Of a DNA stretch of 16,584 nucleotides, positions 1-9,991 are shown in pieces. Positions within the stretch are counted from its first letter, which is position 1; every line of letters begins with the position of its first letter. The notes beneath the pieces are model-generated. The model made no database searches. It was not told the DNA's origin and saw only the letters and a program-made list of their open reading frames with translations. The stretch is from positions 1 through 16,584 of the forward strand of contig JBHGNT010000735.1 of the NCBI GenBank assembly GCA_043228905.1, read 5' to 3'. The position numbers were made by a program, and so were the translations under genes. This stretch comes from Azolla caroliniana. Taxonomy: Eukaryota; Plantae; Polypodiophyta.

Positions 1-646
1 ACCCTAACCCTACCTGCATTTACGTCGATATCACGTGTCCATCGATGGCCCACATTCAGCGAGGTGGATCTCGTCGTGTCCTGTCTCGTCAGTTACCACG
101 ACATCGGCTTGCTGCAGACTTGTGCGACATGCCATAACCGAGTCTTTTCGCGCAAAATAGCTTCAAGCTTAATAAGTCTTTTGCCTCATAGCCCTTAGAG
201 CGACTGCGATCTCGCTACGGTCCGGGTTGCGCCACCTCAACATTATCATCGGCTATTAACGCCTCCTGCCTCTAACGAATAGCGACGAAGGCAAGACGAG
301 ATAGAGGTTTAGGAGATACTTAACGCAGTCGATCGTTAGACAAGCTGCTAGCTGTTAGGTAAGATCAAAATTGACTTAGCGACTTACTATCAAGTCTCTA
401 AGTTAATTAATCGCAAACTGCACTGTCACAACTACGACCCTAGTCGCAGACTTCTTTATGTTCGCATGCCTTTGCTGAAACATCAGGTTTTCTTAGGGCT
501 TATTGCTAAATATTTATAGTATTAATTTAATATTATTACTATAAGTAAAGATAAGGCTAGCTACTTTACGTTAAACGTAATTAGTAGTAGAATCTTTACG
601 CATCTTTTTACTAAAAGAACCAAGTAAAGAAACGTAAGCCTACTAT

Positions 647-1026
647 TGTGAGGCCAAATAACAGCCACCTATTGGTCCTAGGGCTGTCAGACAACGCTCA
701 TTCACTTGAACAGGGGTTACAGGTTATATATTTCATAGTTTGATACGTCCATCTTAGACAAAAAAAAAACACGCTCTCCTTCAACACTCTCGTCCACCCC
801 AACTGTGACCACTACAGATATTGCGACGAAGGCGTCAGACACATCAAAAAATCAAGTGAATACTCTATTACTTTGCCTCCCACTATTACTTTTACAACTT
901 ACACTCACTATATACAACCTAAACCCATTCGACGGGTTCACTCTCTTTTCAAGGGAAATCCTCACCCTTGGAGGACAAGACGAATATCGACAATTGGTCT
1001 GTAGGGGGTGTTGTTGGTTCCTCACA
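647..1026 (+). mobile_element. Solo LTR (380 bp), family A copy 1 (strand given relative to copy 2)
   Basis: Ends TGTGAGG...CCTCACA (7-bp terminal inverted repeat with TG..CA). Near-identical to the reverse complement of 10288-10693. Flanks CTAT/ATAT give only a 3/4 target-site match. Confidence 0.8.
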
Positions 1027-1560
1027 ATATTAATAACTTTATAAAGTTCTTAATTCAAACCTTTTTTTTATTACTACTACTTTTATTTAATTTATATAAA
1101 AGCTAATAAAAAGTGCTATACACTTAAAAACCTTTTAATAAAGCTTTTTCTTAAGCTCTTAAGTTCTAAAAGGCTTAAAGCTATTAAATACACGCTTAAG
1201 TTACTATAGACTCTTATAATAAATCCACTATTTTATTTTACATTTTAAAAAGTAATGAATTAGAACTTATAAAAGCTTTATTAACTCCTTAAGTATTAAG
1301 TAAGTAGCTTTATAGCTTATCTATATTAGCAAACTAGCTGCTTTATGCGCGTATTTGCATTTTTTTTTACTCTTTACTTTAAGTAACTATTAAGTAAAAG
1401 AGTTAAAATTGTAAGTAATAGGATAGTTAGGTAAGACAGTAAAAAGTGGTTGTATTCTAAGACTAACTCTTAACAATCTTAAGCCTTTTTACTTAATTAT
1501 TGTTAACTATATTTGCAGCCTAGTAGAACCCTAGGAGCCTATTCACAGATGCACGCTCAC
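1027..1560. repeat. AT-rich RIP-degenerated repeat relic
   Basis: Strong TpA excess and CpA/TpG depletion (runs of TAA, TAG, CTA), no ORFs, adjacent to an LTR. A similar tract lies at ~150-646. Confidence 0.75.
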
Positions 1561-2139
1561 ATCACGTAAGCCTCCTTATAGCTCTCCAACCTCACCCGTT
1601 ACACAAATCGACGGACAGAAGGCGTAGATGCTCGTCTGACACTCTCACCTTTTTGTTGGCGATAAAAGGGAAGATACCATGCAGCGCAGTGCCACGCCCC
1701 GAAGCTCCATAGACATGAATGCGAGGCATCTCAAAGCCTCTTTTTCTTGCAAAAACCTCCAAGAGGCAATGCACAAAGAAGTTGCCAAGGTGCCGCAGAT
1801 GCGACCAGCGCGGATTGCAGTGCGTCTATGAGTCGCGACCTCGCGTGATCACGTCTTCACCAATACGACGGGTGTCAGATGTCTGAAGACTATACGACTT
1901 TTGATATACATTGTATAATTGAGACGGGATTCAACAGCCACGACTCATCAGGGCTGGACAAACATTCCGCCGCCGCCGTATGAAAACATAGTTACATCAC
2001 CTCCATTGAGGTTTCTTCTTTCGACTCGTGAAAGACTGGGCCAGCTCTTCAGCCTCCGCCTGGTCAGGATCAGCAGACATTACTTGCGGACCGGGGGGCG
2101 GAGGTGAAGGCTCAGACTCCGGCCTTGCTAAGAAGCATT

Positions 2140-4491
2140 TTAGGACATTCCAGCTTTTTCCACATCAGACGATAGATTTTGCGGGCTTGTTGACGTGCCG
2201 GAGCCACCAGTCCATTCCTCCTCCGCGGACTGCTCGGACTGACTGTCTCCTTGAATAGGCGCGAAGGCATTGCGCCGGTTCTGGAACCCTTTCAGAGCAG
2301 GCAGACCCTTCTCGAGGACGTCACGTTTCTGAAGCAGGCGCTCCCTTTCCGAGGATGCGTCTGGGGATTCGCTGGATAGGCGAGAGATGTCCTCCGGACT
2401 CATCTCCAGTATATCGCGGGTCTTAAAGAGACCGTCCAGTTTACTGACCAAGCAGCCCTCAACGGCAAGGTTGCTCACGTCGTCGACGAACCTGTTGAGG
2501 GTGATCTAGTGTTATCACGACACACCGTTAGCGACCAGAACAGATTCACATGAGCTTCGAGAGGCAGGACCTACCTCGTAGTATGCCTCCATGTAATATG
2601 TTGCAAGTGCGCTGCCATAATGCTCCATGCTAAATGGCGAAGCGAAGACCGAAAGCTTGAGCAGGTCGCGAGGATTGCAGCGGATCTTTGCTTCAGGGTC
2701 CTGCAGGTCAGTTGCGAATGTGGCGTTGATTTCCTTCTCGAGGGCACGCTTATGGCGCTTGTTGTGAACTCTCTGAACGATCTCGGTGAGCTGGCGGCTG
2801 TAGGTAATCGGATGCTGTGCGTCTGAGGGTAATAGCTCCTGAATCTTGTTGACCATATTGACCCTCAGAGTCTCAGTCTTGCCAGAAACAAGTCCGAAAA
2901 TCTCTTCGGCCACGTCTTTGGCAACGATGTGATCGACCAAGAGGCGCATCGTTTGTTGAGCAGAGGCTATAATGTTGTCTGCCAGTCTGGCCACAATCTC
3001 TTGCCAGTGCTCGCACTGCTCTATAAAAAGATCACCAATAATGAGCGGGTTGAACAGGCCGGGAAGCTCACAGCCTCTGCTCAACCTCAGCCTGCGAGTC
3101 ACGTCCTTGAGGTACTCAGAACGCGATATGCGAGGAACCTGGCTGACCTCATCTTCCTCTTCAGCTTCGGTATCCTCGTCATCGGAGTCGACGATATGCT
3201 GCGTCTGTCCATTGCGTCGCATCTCCTTGCTGAACTCGAGAAGATGGTCCTGGATCCTTGCTCTCAACCTCCCCGAAAACCCGTGACCGGTTCGGTTGCC
3301 GAAGAACGGATCCGTATAAGTCCCATTAACAGATTGTCCCATCAGGGAGGTGAACACCTCACTCACACCAGCGAGATATCGGGCCTGCTCCTCGCGAGTG
3401 TTTCGCACGGGCCCAAGACGCTCCAGTTTCTCCAGGCAGTCGCGGATACCGGTCTCAACATCATTGACCACGCTCGGCAGCTGGTATGAGATCTGGTCCT
3501 TGAGCGCAGAGCTGAGCTTGGTCTTGAGGCTCGATACCCCGACATCGGCACGATCAAGAGACGTCCAGATTCCTTTGGAAAAGAAGTCTTCTTCATTTGC
3601 ATCGCGCTCAGCAGAAGACACGTTCCTCTCTTCATAGCTTCTGTTTCTCAGGATGTGCCAGCCGAGATGAAGCTCCAAGTCCTCATTCTGAGCAGTGCGC
3701 AGCCATTTGCCCTCGGAGTCGGAGCCCACATCTAGAGTGTCCGGCTTCGTGATGAGCCCCAGGGTGCGGATTCTTCCTGGATCGGCTTTCTGTGCCATTG
3801 CGGTTACGCTCTGAAGAACAAAGTCGTACTTGGCCGAGACGACCGTCAGGATTATACACCGGGGGCGCATCATGTACCGTTCGACCATGTCGTGCACGAC
3901 CTTGGCGTCGGCATCAGACTGATCTTTGTTGCCGGCCCGGAAGAGCCCTGGCAAGTCGATCATGGTCAAGTGAGGCTGGTCAGGCCCGGTCAACTCGATG
4001 CGAAGTATATCATCGTAGAACCGCCTCGGGAATGGGTCCGCCATGAGTCGCTCTGCCTCTGCCGTCACAGCCTCGAGCCCATCCCTTTCAATGCTGGCGC
4101 TGGGCTCCCAGGCCTCGACAGTCTCTCGATCGTTATCATAACGACCTTCTCCAGGAGTGATGGAAACTCGGGGACTCTTCCTAGGCCCGCGTCGAAGCAC
4201 CAGCTCGGTAGCGAAGCGAGTGCAGAGGGTGTCCTTAGCTGGGAATTTGATGCCCGAGATGGCCTCGAGAACGGAGCTCTTGCCTGCCTTTTGATCGCCA
4301 GTCACGATGATCTCCGGTAGATCTACATAGTGACTGAGTCCCTGTGCCCGCAGCCTGTCAACAACATCCAGAAGGTCTCGGTGATCATTAGACAGAATGT
4401 CGTTGGCGTTCATGTTGGATTGCAATGGGTCTGGAAGTTCAATTGAAGAAAGTGTTTTTGTGGAAGACTGTGAGAATGTGATCAATTGCAT
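2140..4491 (-). CDS. Dynamin-family (Mx-like fungal) GTPase with C-terminal GED; exons 4491-2575 and 2505-2140, ~760 aa (734 aa if it starts at ATG 4413)
   Basis: G1 GDQKAGKSS, G2 LCTRFATE, G3 DLPG, G4 TKPD, plus LGWHILRNR and RGCELPG motifs typical of fungal dynamin-like proteins. A 69-nt phase-0 intron at 2574-2506 (GTAGGT donor, GCTAAC branch, TAG acceptor) joins YMEAYYE to ITLNRFVDDVSNLAVEGCL, the usual GED entry. Stop TAA at 2142-2140. Confidence 0.93.
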
Positions 4492-5020
4492 GAGACTCGA
4501 GATGATATTGCCGTCGACGATGGACTCTTAAGTCATCGTCTCAGGCTTCATATGTGGGAGGCCACCCGCAGCAGGCGAACCGCCGAGGCTCTCGAGCCGC
4601 CCATGACGGCGGCCACCCGCATACTCAGGCAGCAATACACTCTTGCTTGGCAGCGTCTCGAGCATGCAGATTGATCAGGTGAGGCGGTGATACAGTGTGA
4701 GTCACAGGCGAGGCTGTTTTTACACGGAGGACAGATAGTATTCGGTCAGTTCATTGGGGGAGAGGGGGTGATCAGCGCGTGCGGCCGCGGTCAACTCAGC
4801 CCGTTTCAGCCTCTTTCAGCACGTTAACCCAACAGCAGCGGTTAGCAAAGATGCTCTAGATGTCTATTCGTTCACTGCTAATTACATCGCTTTGCGGCCT
4901 GCGACATGAAATCCGTTCATTTTATGCAGTACATACTCGGAAATACAGCCTACATTGGTAGAGTTCACTTCTAGCCTTGGCTCGTGAGAACAATAAGTAA
5001 CATTTGGCCATCTTCTATGT

Positions 5021-6415
5021 TCAGTAACCCATTGGAGCCGTGGCAGTAGCCGTAAGTGTAGGCCCAGCGGTTGAATCCCTCGCCCATGGACGTCTTGGTC
5101 CTTTCAAATTGGTCTTGAGTTCAGCTGCAGCGAGCTGCTTGACCAGATCATGGAACTTCCATATGTCCTTTTGTGTGCTGGCCTTTGGGGGCAGCCAGGT
5201 CGAATACACTTTCTGATGGCAGGCAGAGACTCGGAACCTGAGATGATGCTGTTTCATATACTCGTAGCAGAAGAAGCAGGCTTTCTTGCTAGTACCCATG
5301 AAGCGTGGATTCGGGGTACATCTGGGATTGGAGTCATAGAACCGGAGGAGCTGCATCTCCGCATGCAAGGTCAGCTCGGACGGGCACGCCTTTGCGAACT
5401 TGGACTCGGGAGTTTCAGTCTCCCAGAGTTGAGACAAATCGGCCATGATCCTCGCTCCATCTTGACCTGTGAGACTTTTCACCTGGTCCCTCAGCAGATG
5501 CTTTCGCTTCGGAACCGAGAAGGATACCTGCTCAGAGGCCTCGATCACCTGGATCTGGATGTTGGCGAAGACCCTGGGTTCTTTCATGGCAAACTTGACC
5601 ATAGACTTGACGGACGAGTAGTATCGGGCAATCTTGTGAATGTCTTCGAGCCAGGGTGGAGGGTTGGACTCGACGAAGTTGAAAAGACTCCGCATTTGCG
5701 TTGTATAGGTCCACCTGGCCTGTGTCGACCACTCAACAAAGCCCTTGATTCGAAGGGCACCCGACTTGGGCATTTGCGCTGGATTGAAAGGTGAGGCCTC
5801 CAGCCAGCGATTGAATTCTGCGTTCGAAGACGGTCCAGTTGTCCGCTTAGTTCTGTGAATCGTAAGCAATGCTTGTTCTACTGATCTTCCGATGCCTCGT
5901 TGTCTGGCTTTCTCGACAAGCGACATGATGCGAGCTTTGTCTAGGTCGACAATGATGTCGAGTATAACGGCCTCAGTGTCACGGGCAGGTTTCCCTGATT
6001 TTGGCATCGCTGTGAGCGTCTTTGACTCACCTGTTTGAAGTACAGCCTGAAGTTCTCCGAGCACATTCTTAAGCCCGGACAGATCTCGAGATGATAAGCC
6101 GTGGTTTCGAGCCACTCGGAGAATCGACGATGAGCCGGCCTGCGCTTGCTCCAGGCAGACTGCCGAGGCCGTCTCGGCACCCTTTTTTGATGTCGAGCAG
6201 ATGAGAGCAAACGAGTCGAGGAACTTGCGCCGAAGTTCACCGACACCAAGAGAGTCGAGCTCGAGGTCAGGGCCGAGACCAAGGCCATCATTGAACTGGC
6301 CTCTGGTAGGTTCACCACGCGATGGGTTAATCTTCATGAGAAGTGCCGAGTTGATTACGAACTTCTTGACCATGGCGGTGTAGGGCCTCTCGATTGGGTC
6401 CTTGGTGATAGCCAT
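5021..6415 (-). CDS. OTT_1508-like nucleic-acid deaminase, copy 1 (old-like); 464 aa unspliced, ~452 aa if the 36-nt intron 6030-5995 is removed
   Basis: LHAEMQLL (HAE at 5365-5357), FMGTSKKACFFC (CxxC at 5278-5267) and CHQKVYSTW: the HxE/SKxxCxxC signature of the OTT_1508 deaminase clade. Aligns along its length with copy 2. Confidence 0.88.
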   Translation of the reverse strand: MAITKDPIERPYTAMVKKFVINSALLMKINPSRGEPTRGQFNDGLGLGPDLELDSLGVGELRRKFLDSFALICSTSKKGAETASAVCLEQAQAGSSSILRVARNHGLSSRDLSGLKNVLGELQAVLQTGESKTLTAMPKSGKPARDTEAVILDIIVDLDKARIMSLVEKARQRGIGRSVEQALLTIHRTKRTTGPSSNAEFNRWLEASPFNPAQMPKSGALRIKGFVEWSTQARWTYTTQMRSLFNFVESNPPPWLEDIHKIARYYSSVKSMVKFAMKEPRVFANIQIQVIEASEQVSFSVPKRKHLLRDQVKSLTGQDGARIMADLSQLWETETPESKFAKACPSELTLHAEMQLLRFYDSNPRCTPNPRFMGTSKKACFFCYEYMKQHHLRFRVSACHQKVYSTWLPPKASTQKDIWKFHDLVKQLAAAELKTNLKGPRRPWARDSTAGPTLTATATAPMGY

Positions 6416-6945
6416 TTGCGTATGACCTTATATCCGATCCGACCGCGACACGATTGATTGACAAAGTTGACGACAGGTGCTGCCTGCATTTCAACACTGC
6501 ACATGATAATGGTACTTTGAGTCCAACGCTTAACCGACGGTACGCGCCCAAGGCTTTCGATCATGTTCGAATGCATGGGTGGCCGTACACATCTGATTGG
6601 GCCAAGGCGCCACGCTGTTGGTTGGGTTCAGCTTCATCAGTCAGCCTCACCAGGCAGCCAACAGTTCATAGGGATGGTGCGCGGGCCAATTGAGTAAGAA
6701 ATGGTATGTATAAGTATTGAGACGTCCTCTGTGAGTCTCTGATTTCTCGAGCTCTTTCTTTTGACAACAGTCCAATTGCTAATATTCACACTCTTCTGTA
6801 ATTATACGCCGCTTCGTAACAGTTTGCATTTGCGCTTGCCAAGCAACACATTACCGAAGCGCAAGCTGGCCACGACCAGTTAATGCTCTTCCATTCCCTG
6901 CATCATCTCTGATAACCTTGGGTGTCGGCGATTTGTTATTCAGCG
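6416..6945. promoter_or_regulatory. Divergent promoter region of module 1 (deaminase / zinc finger)
   Basis: 530 bp between head-to-head start codons. CCAAT-type boxes (ATTGG ~6596, CCAAT 6686), TATAAG at 6708, CTTGCCAAG at 6835, AGCTGGCCAC at 6864. Confidence 0.55.
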
Positions 6946-7630
6946 ATGGACCCTTTCGGAACATACCAATGGACGCCAACGGCCTCGTCGGCTCAGGGCA
7001 CGGCCACGCCTGCGACAATTGATCCCGCTTTGCTCACGATACAAACGGATCAAACTTGGCCACTTGAGAGTAGTGAAGCAAACCAGTACAATTGAGGTGC
7101 TAATCTGCTTGAACCCCCTCGGCGAGAGTCAATCGACCGATATGCCGATGGGCGATCTACCTCCCAAACAACTTGGCCATCTCAATATGCGATGAGAGCC
7201 GCCACGGACTATGACGAGCTTCCATCAGCTGGAAGCAGCTCAAGGGCGCGCCTGAAGTGTACGTGGAAGTACTGTAGCTATGTCGCAGCTGATGGCACTG
7301 ATATGAGGTACGCCCAACCCAGCCCAGTCCAGTCCATGTCGCCAATGCTTAAGGTCATGATGATGTTTAACACGAGTACCCAGAGTTCATGCAGCATCTC
7401 ACCGCCGGTGTCCCAAATCCAGCTGTCCTTGGGCTGCAGAAAATGACCAGAAGGAGATTGACCGACATGTATGGGTTGATCACAGGAAATGGGCCAAGGA
7501 AAGTGGTTACCCTCCTATGGAAGGACAATGTGATGAGTGTGCAAGAGTGTACTCTCGCAAGGATGGGTTGTTGAGGCACAAACGAGAGGTCCATGGGGGA
7601 AATGCACGGATCAGAGGCTTGAGAGGGTAG
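6946..7630 (+). CDS. 3xC2H2 zinc-finger protein, copy 1 (zao-like), with in-frame premature TGA at 7093-7095; exons 6946-7307 and 7384-7630; 202 aa if recoded, 49 aa if terminated
   Basis: Hand translation: MDPFGTYQW..TIDPALL..NQYN*GANLL..LKCTWKYCSYVAADGTDMR, then a phase-2 intron 7308-7383 (GTACGC..CAG), then VHAASHRRCPKSSCPWAAENDQKEIDRHVWVDHRKWAKESGYPPMEGQCDECARVYSRKDGLLRHKREVH..RG*. Paralogous to 14037-14894. Internal in-frame ATG at 7192. Confidence 0.82.
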
Positions 7631-9890
7631 TCATTGTCGGCCAACTGGGATCATCTAGGGTCTCCAAGGTGCCCTAACAAAGGTTGAGTGCAGCCGAGGG
7701 TCCCCAGCTATGAGCCCTCAAGTTCGATTAGAACATTCGCAGCCTCCTCGATCAATACACTGGGATTCTAGGATGACCTGCGCTTGAAGCCATTCTTCAA
7801 AGGTCGCAGACATCGTGACTGCCATGATATGCCGTGATCTATGATATCCAGGTCATTGGTGCGGCCGTACCAATGCGCTTTGGACCCAACCAGATAGAGC
7901 ATGGGACGCTGGTGAAATTGGTGGCGACTTTCGCGATTGCCTTGATGATTGCAATCGATGTTAGGCTTTGTGCTTTCTTCTGAGCCCAAGGCCACATCTG
8001 TGGGCGAGGTAAGTCAGGCCATTGCCCCCAGATCATGACTCATCATAGCGCAGAGTGGTCCAAAACTGGACTCCTGCTCAGTGAAGGTTTGTGCACCAGG
8101 GCCACACTTCTTGCCCTTCCCAGCGGCTAGAGAGATGGAGGACTGTCCAGCGCCATGCTCACGTTGCACTCACGTTGCTGGCCGTCTTCCGTGAGCAGCG
8201 AACGGGATGGAAGTATGATAACCGCTATCTCGGACTTTGAATACCCGTGTTTCCGAGCCTGAATATCAGTGTCCTACGTCGTGTCAAGGATGGAGAAGCC
8301 AATCCCGCCTTTTGAGTGGTTGTCTATGGGTGAGTCACATGATGTGTCGGAGGCTTGTGTCTCACCCTACGGTATATAATTGGTGCAGGCTACCCTGTCG
8401 GCGCTGAAACACCGAAACCGTGATGACGTTACGGCTGGAGCTTGGCCAGCACCCGTTGCCAAAGCCCTGGAATGCTTTCTCAAAATCGTGAGGCATCTTC
8501 TTGTTTAGGAGCATGCATGTCACAGGGAATAGCCCGCGTAGGCGGTACTTGAAATGTTGCTGCTTCGCCGTCTCAGACGCACTTGAGCGCTGCATCAGGA
8601 AGCTTTTACTCCGCGTACCTTGCTGAAGGATAGGCGGCCCCGCCACAGACGGCTCCCGTCTCCAGCTGCTCACGGTAAAACATTAATCGCTGCCTCTGCT
8701 GCGAGGTGTGGGTAAACTTCCCCTCATTTCGAGGAGACTCCGGATGCCTTAAGGCACCAGCCGGGTCAGCCTTATCCCTCCCCAGCTATAACACATAACT
8801 CACTGCCTGAAAGCTTGATTAACCTACAGAGTGTGCCGAGCTCGTGCACGAGCTTAACACCGCGCTTGCACTGCTTAGTGTCGATGAGGGGATCGTTGGG
8901 GCGAAGCTGGTGCACAATGCCTGTGGAACCACCCACAATCTAAGCCTGAGCTAGAGGTAGAACCGTCTCCACCTCTCGAATCTGACTTTCCTAGATCATA
9001 TGCTGAGGTCGACGACTACCTACGCAAGACGTCCAGCACGGACGAGGAAACGCCTCTCACTTCTACAACCTTCGTCCAGGGATGCAATACACAAGAGGAC
9101 TATCATATTATATATTTGATCTTCTCAAAGTGTCAAAACTTTCTGCCGAGTGTCTGCCGAGAATTAACGGCATGGTGGAGGAGTGGTGGCGCAATGAAGC
9201 AAGCCAACAGCAAAAGTGGCGGGAGCCGACATAGATATCTGTTGGGCTACTCTTTATCATCATGCGTGGGTGCCTAATAAAAAGAAAGGAGGGAGACCTA
9301 GCTTGTTGTACACAGCTAAGCTAGGTTCTAGGCTAAACCCACCTATTCTGCCCTTACTAATCCAGTTGTTCTTTGTAAAGTTGTTAACATTAACTAGAGC
9401 TGTAATAGCATTGCGAGCGTTGGGTAGCTTGCGTTAAGCTTCAAGGATAGTTTTTAGAGGCATTTCAATGCTAAATTTTGATAAGGTTTGACTGGTTTAA
9501 GTAGAACGTACTAGTAGCGGTGCGCTAAAAGGGATATTAAGCAAAACGTAGTGTTTGCGCATAGGGAGGAGGGCGCCTTTAATTAAAATCGCACGATGCG
9601 TAACTACTTAGGTTGCTTAAGAAAGGGAATGCTACTACCTTTCTACTTAAGCAAAAGCAGTAGAAGAACAAAGGGCTGAAAATAGAAATTAAATAACTAC
9701 GTTAGTGCAGTATGAACCGCTAAACAACAACAAAGGGGGCCTTTAGGTGGCTATATTGCTACTCTTCATGCTGTTACGAACCAACGCTGATGCAGGTCAC
9801 CAAGATGGGCCGAAGCGGTTACCACGTAAGCAATGGAGGTATGAGGTAATGGTCCAACACCATTACCCCGGAAGGGTTGCGTCAGACGGA

Positions 9891-9991
9891 GATCCAAGTC
9901 ACGTGACTTGGATCACTCCGCGCCAAGGCGTGATCCTCGGAGGGATCACCCTAGATCACTCGGTGATCCAGCGCGATCCAAGGACGAGATC
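9891..9991. repeat. Cluster of GATC-bounded palindromes/hairpins
   Basis: Perfect 24-bp palindrome GATCCAAGTCACGTGACTTGGATC (9891-9914), GTGATCC-6nt-GGATCAC (9930-9949) and GATCAC-3nt-GTGATC (9954-9968). Eight GATC sites in 101 bp. Confidence 0.85.

Noticed and set aside
1-12. ACCCTAACCCTA, telomere-like
   Set aside because: Fewer than two full CCCTAA units, so it cannot be called a telomere without upstream sequence.
805-1044. 79-aa ORF and its 68-aa twin at 10279-10485
   Set aside because: Both lie within the solo LTR copies, start at non-ATG codons and show no protein motif.
1592-1774. 60-codon minus-strand ORF next to the RIP tract
   Set aside because: Short and unrecognisable; at most an exon fragment.
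2620-4320. Several + strand ORFs (68-186 aa), plus 5150-5794 and 12210-12656
   Set aside because: Antisense shadows of the dynamin and deaminase genes.
7070-7126. 57-nt intron that would remove the TGA of zinc-finger gene 1
   Set aside because: Weak GTAGTG donor and a non-YAG acceptor (GAG). It also would not explain the identical stop offset in the paralog. Disfavoured but not excluded.
7768-8673. Short minus-strand ORFs (65-103 aa)
   Set aside because: No recognisable motifs or consistent exon chain.
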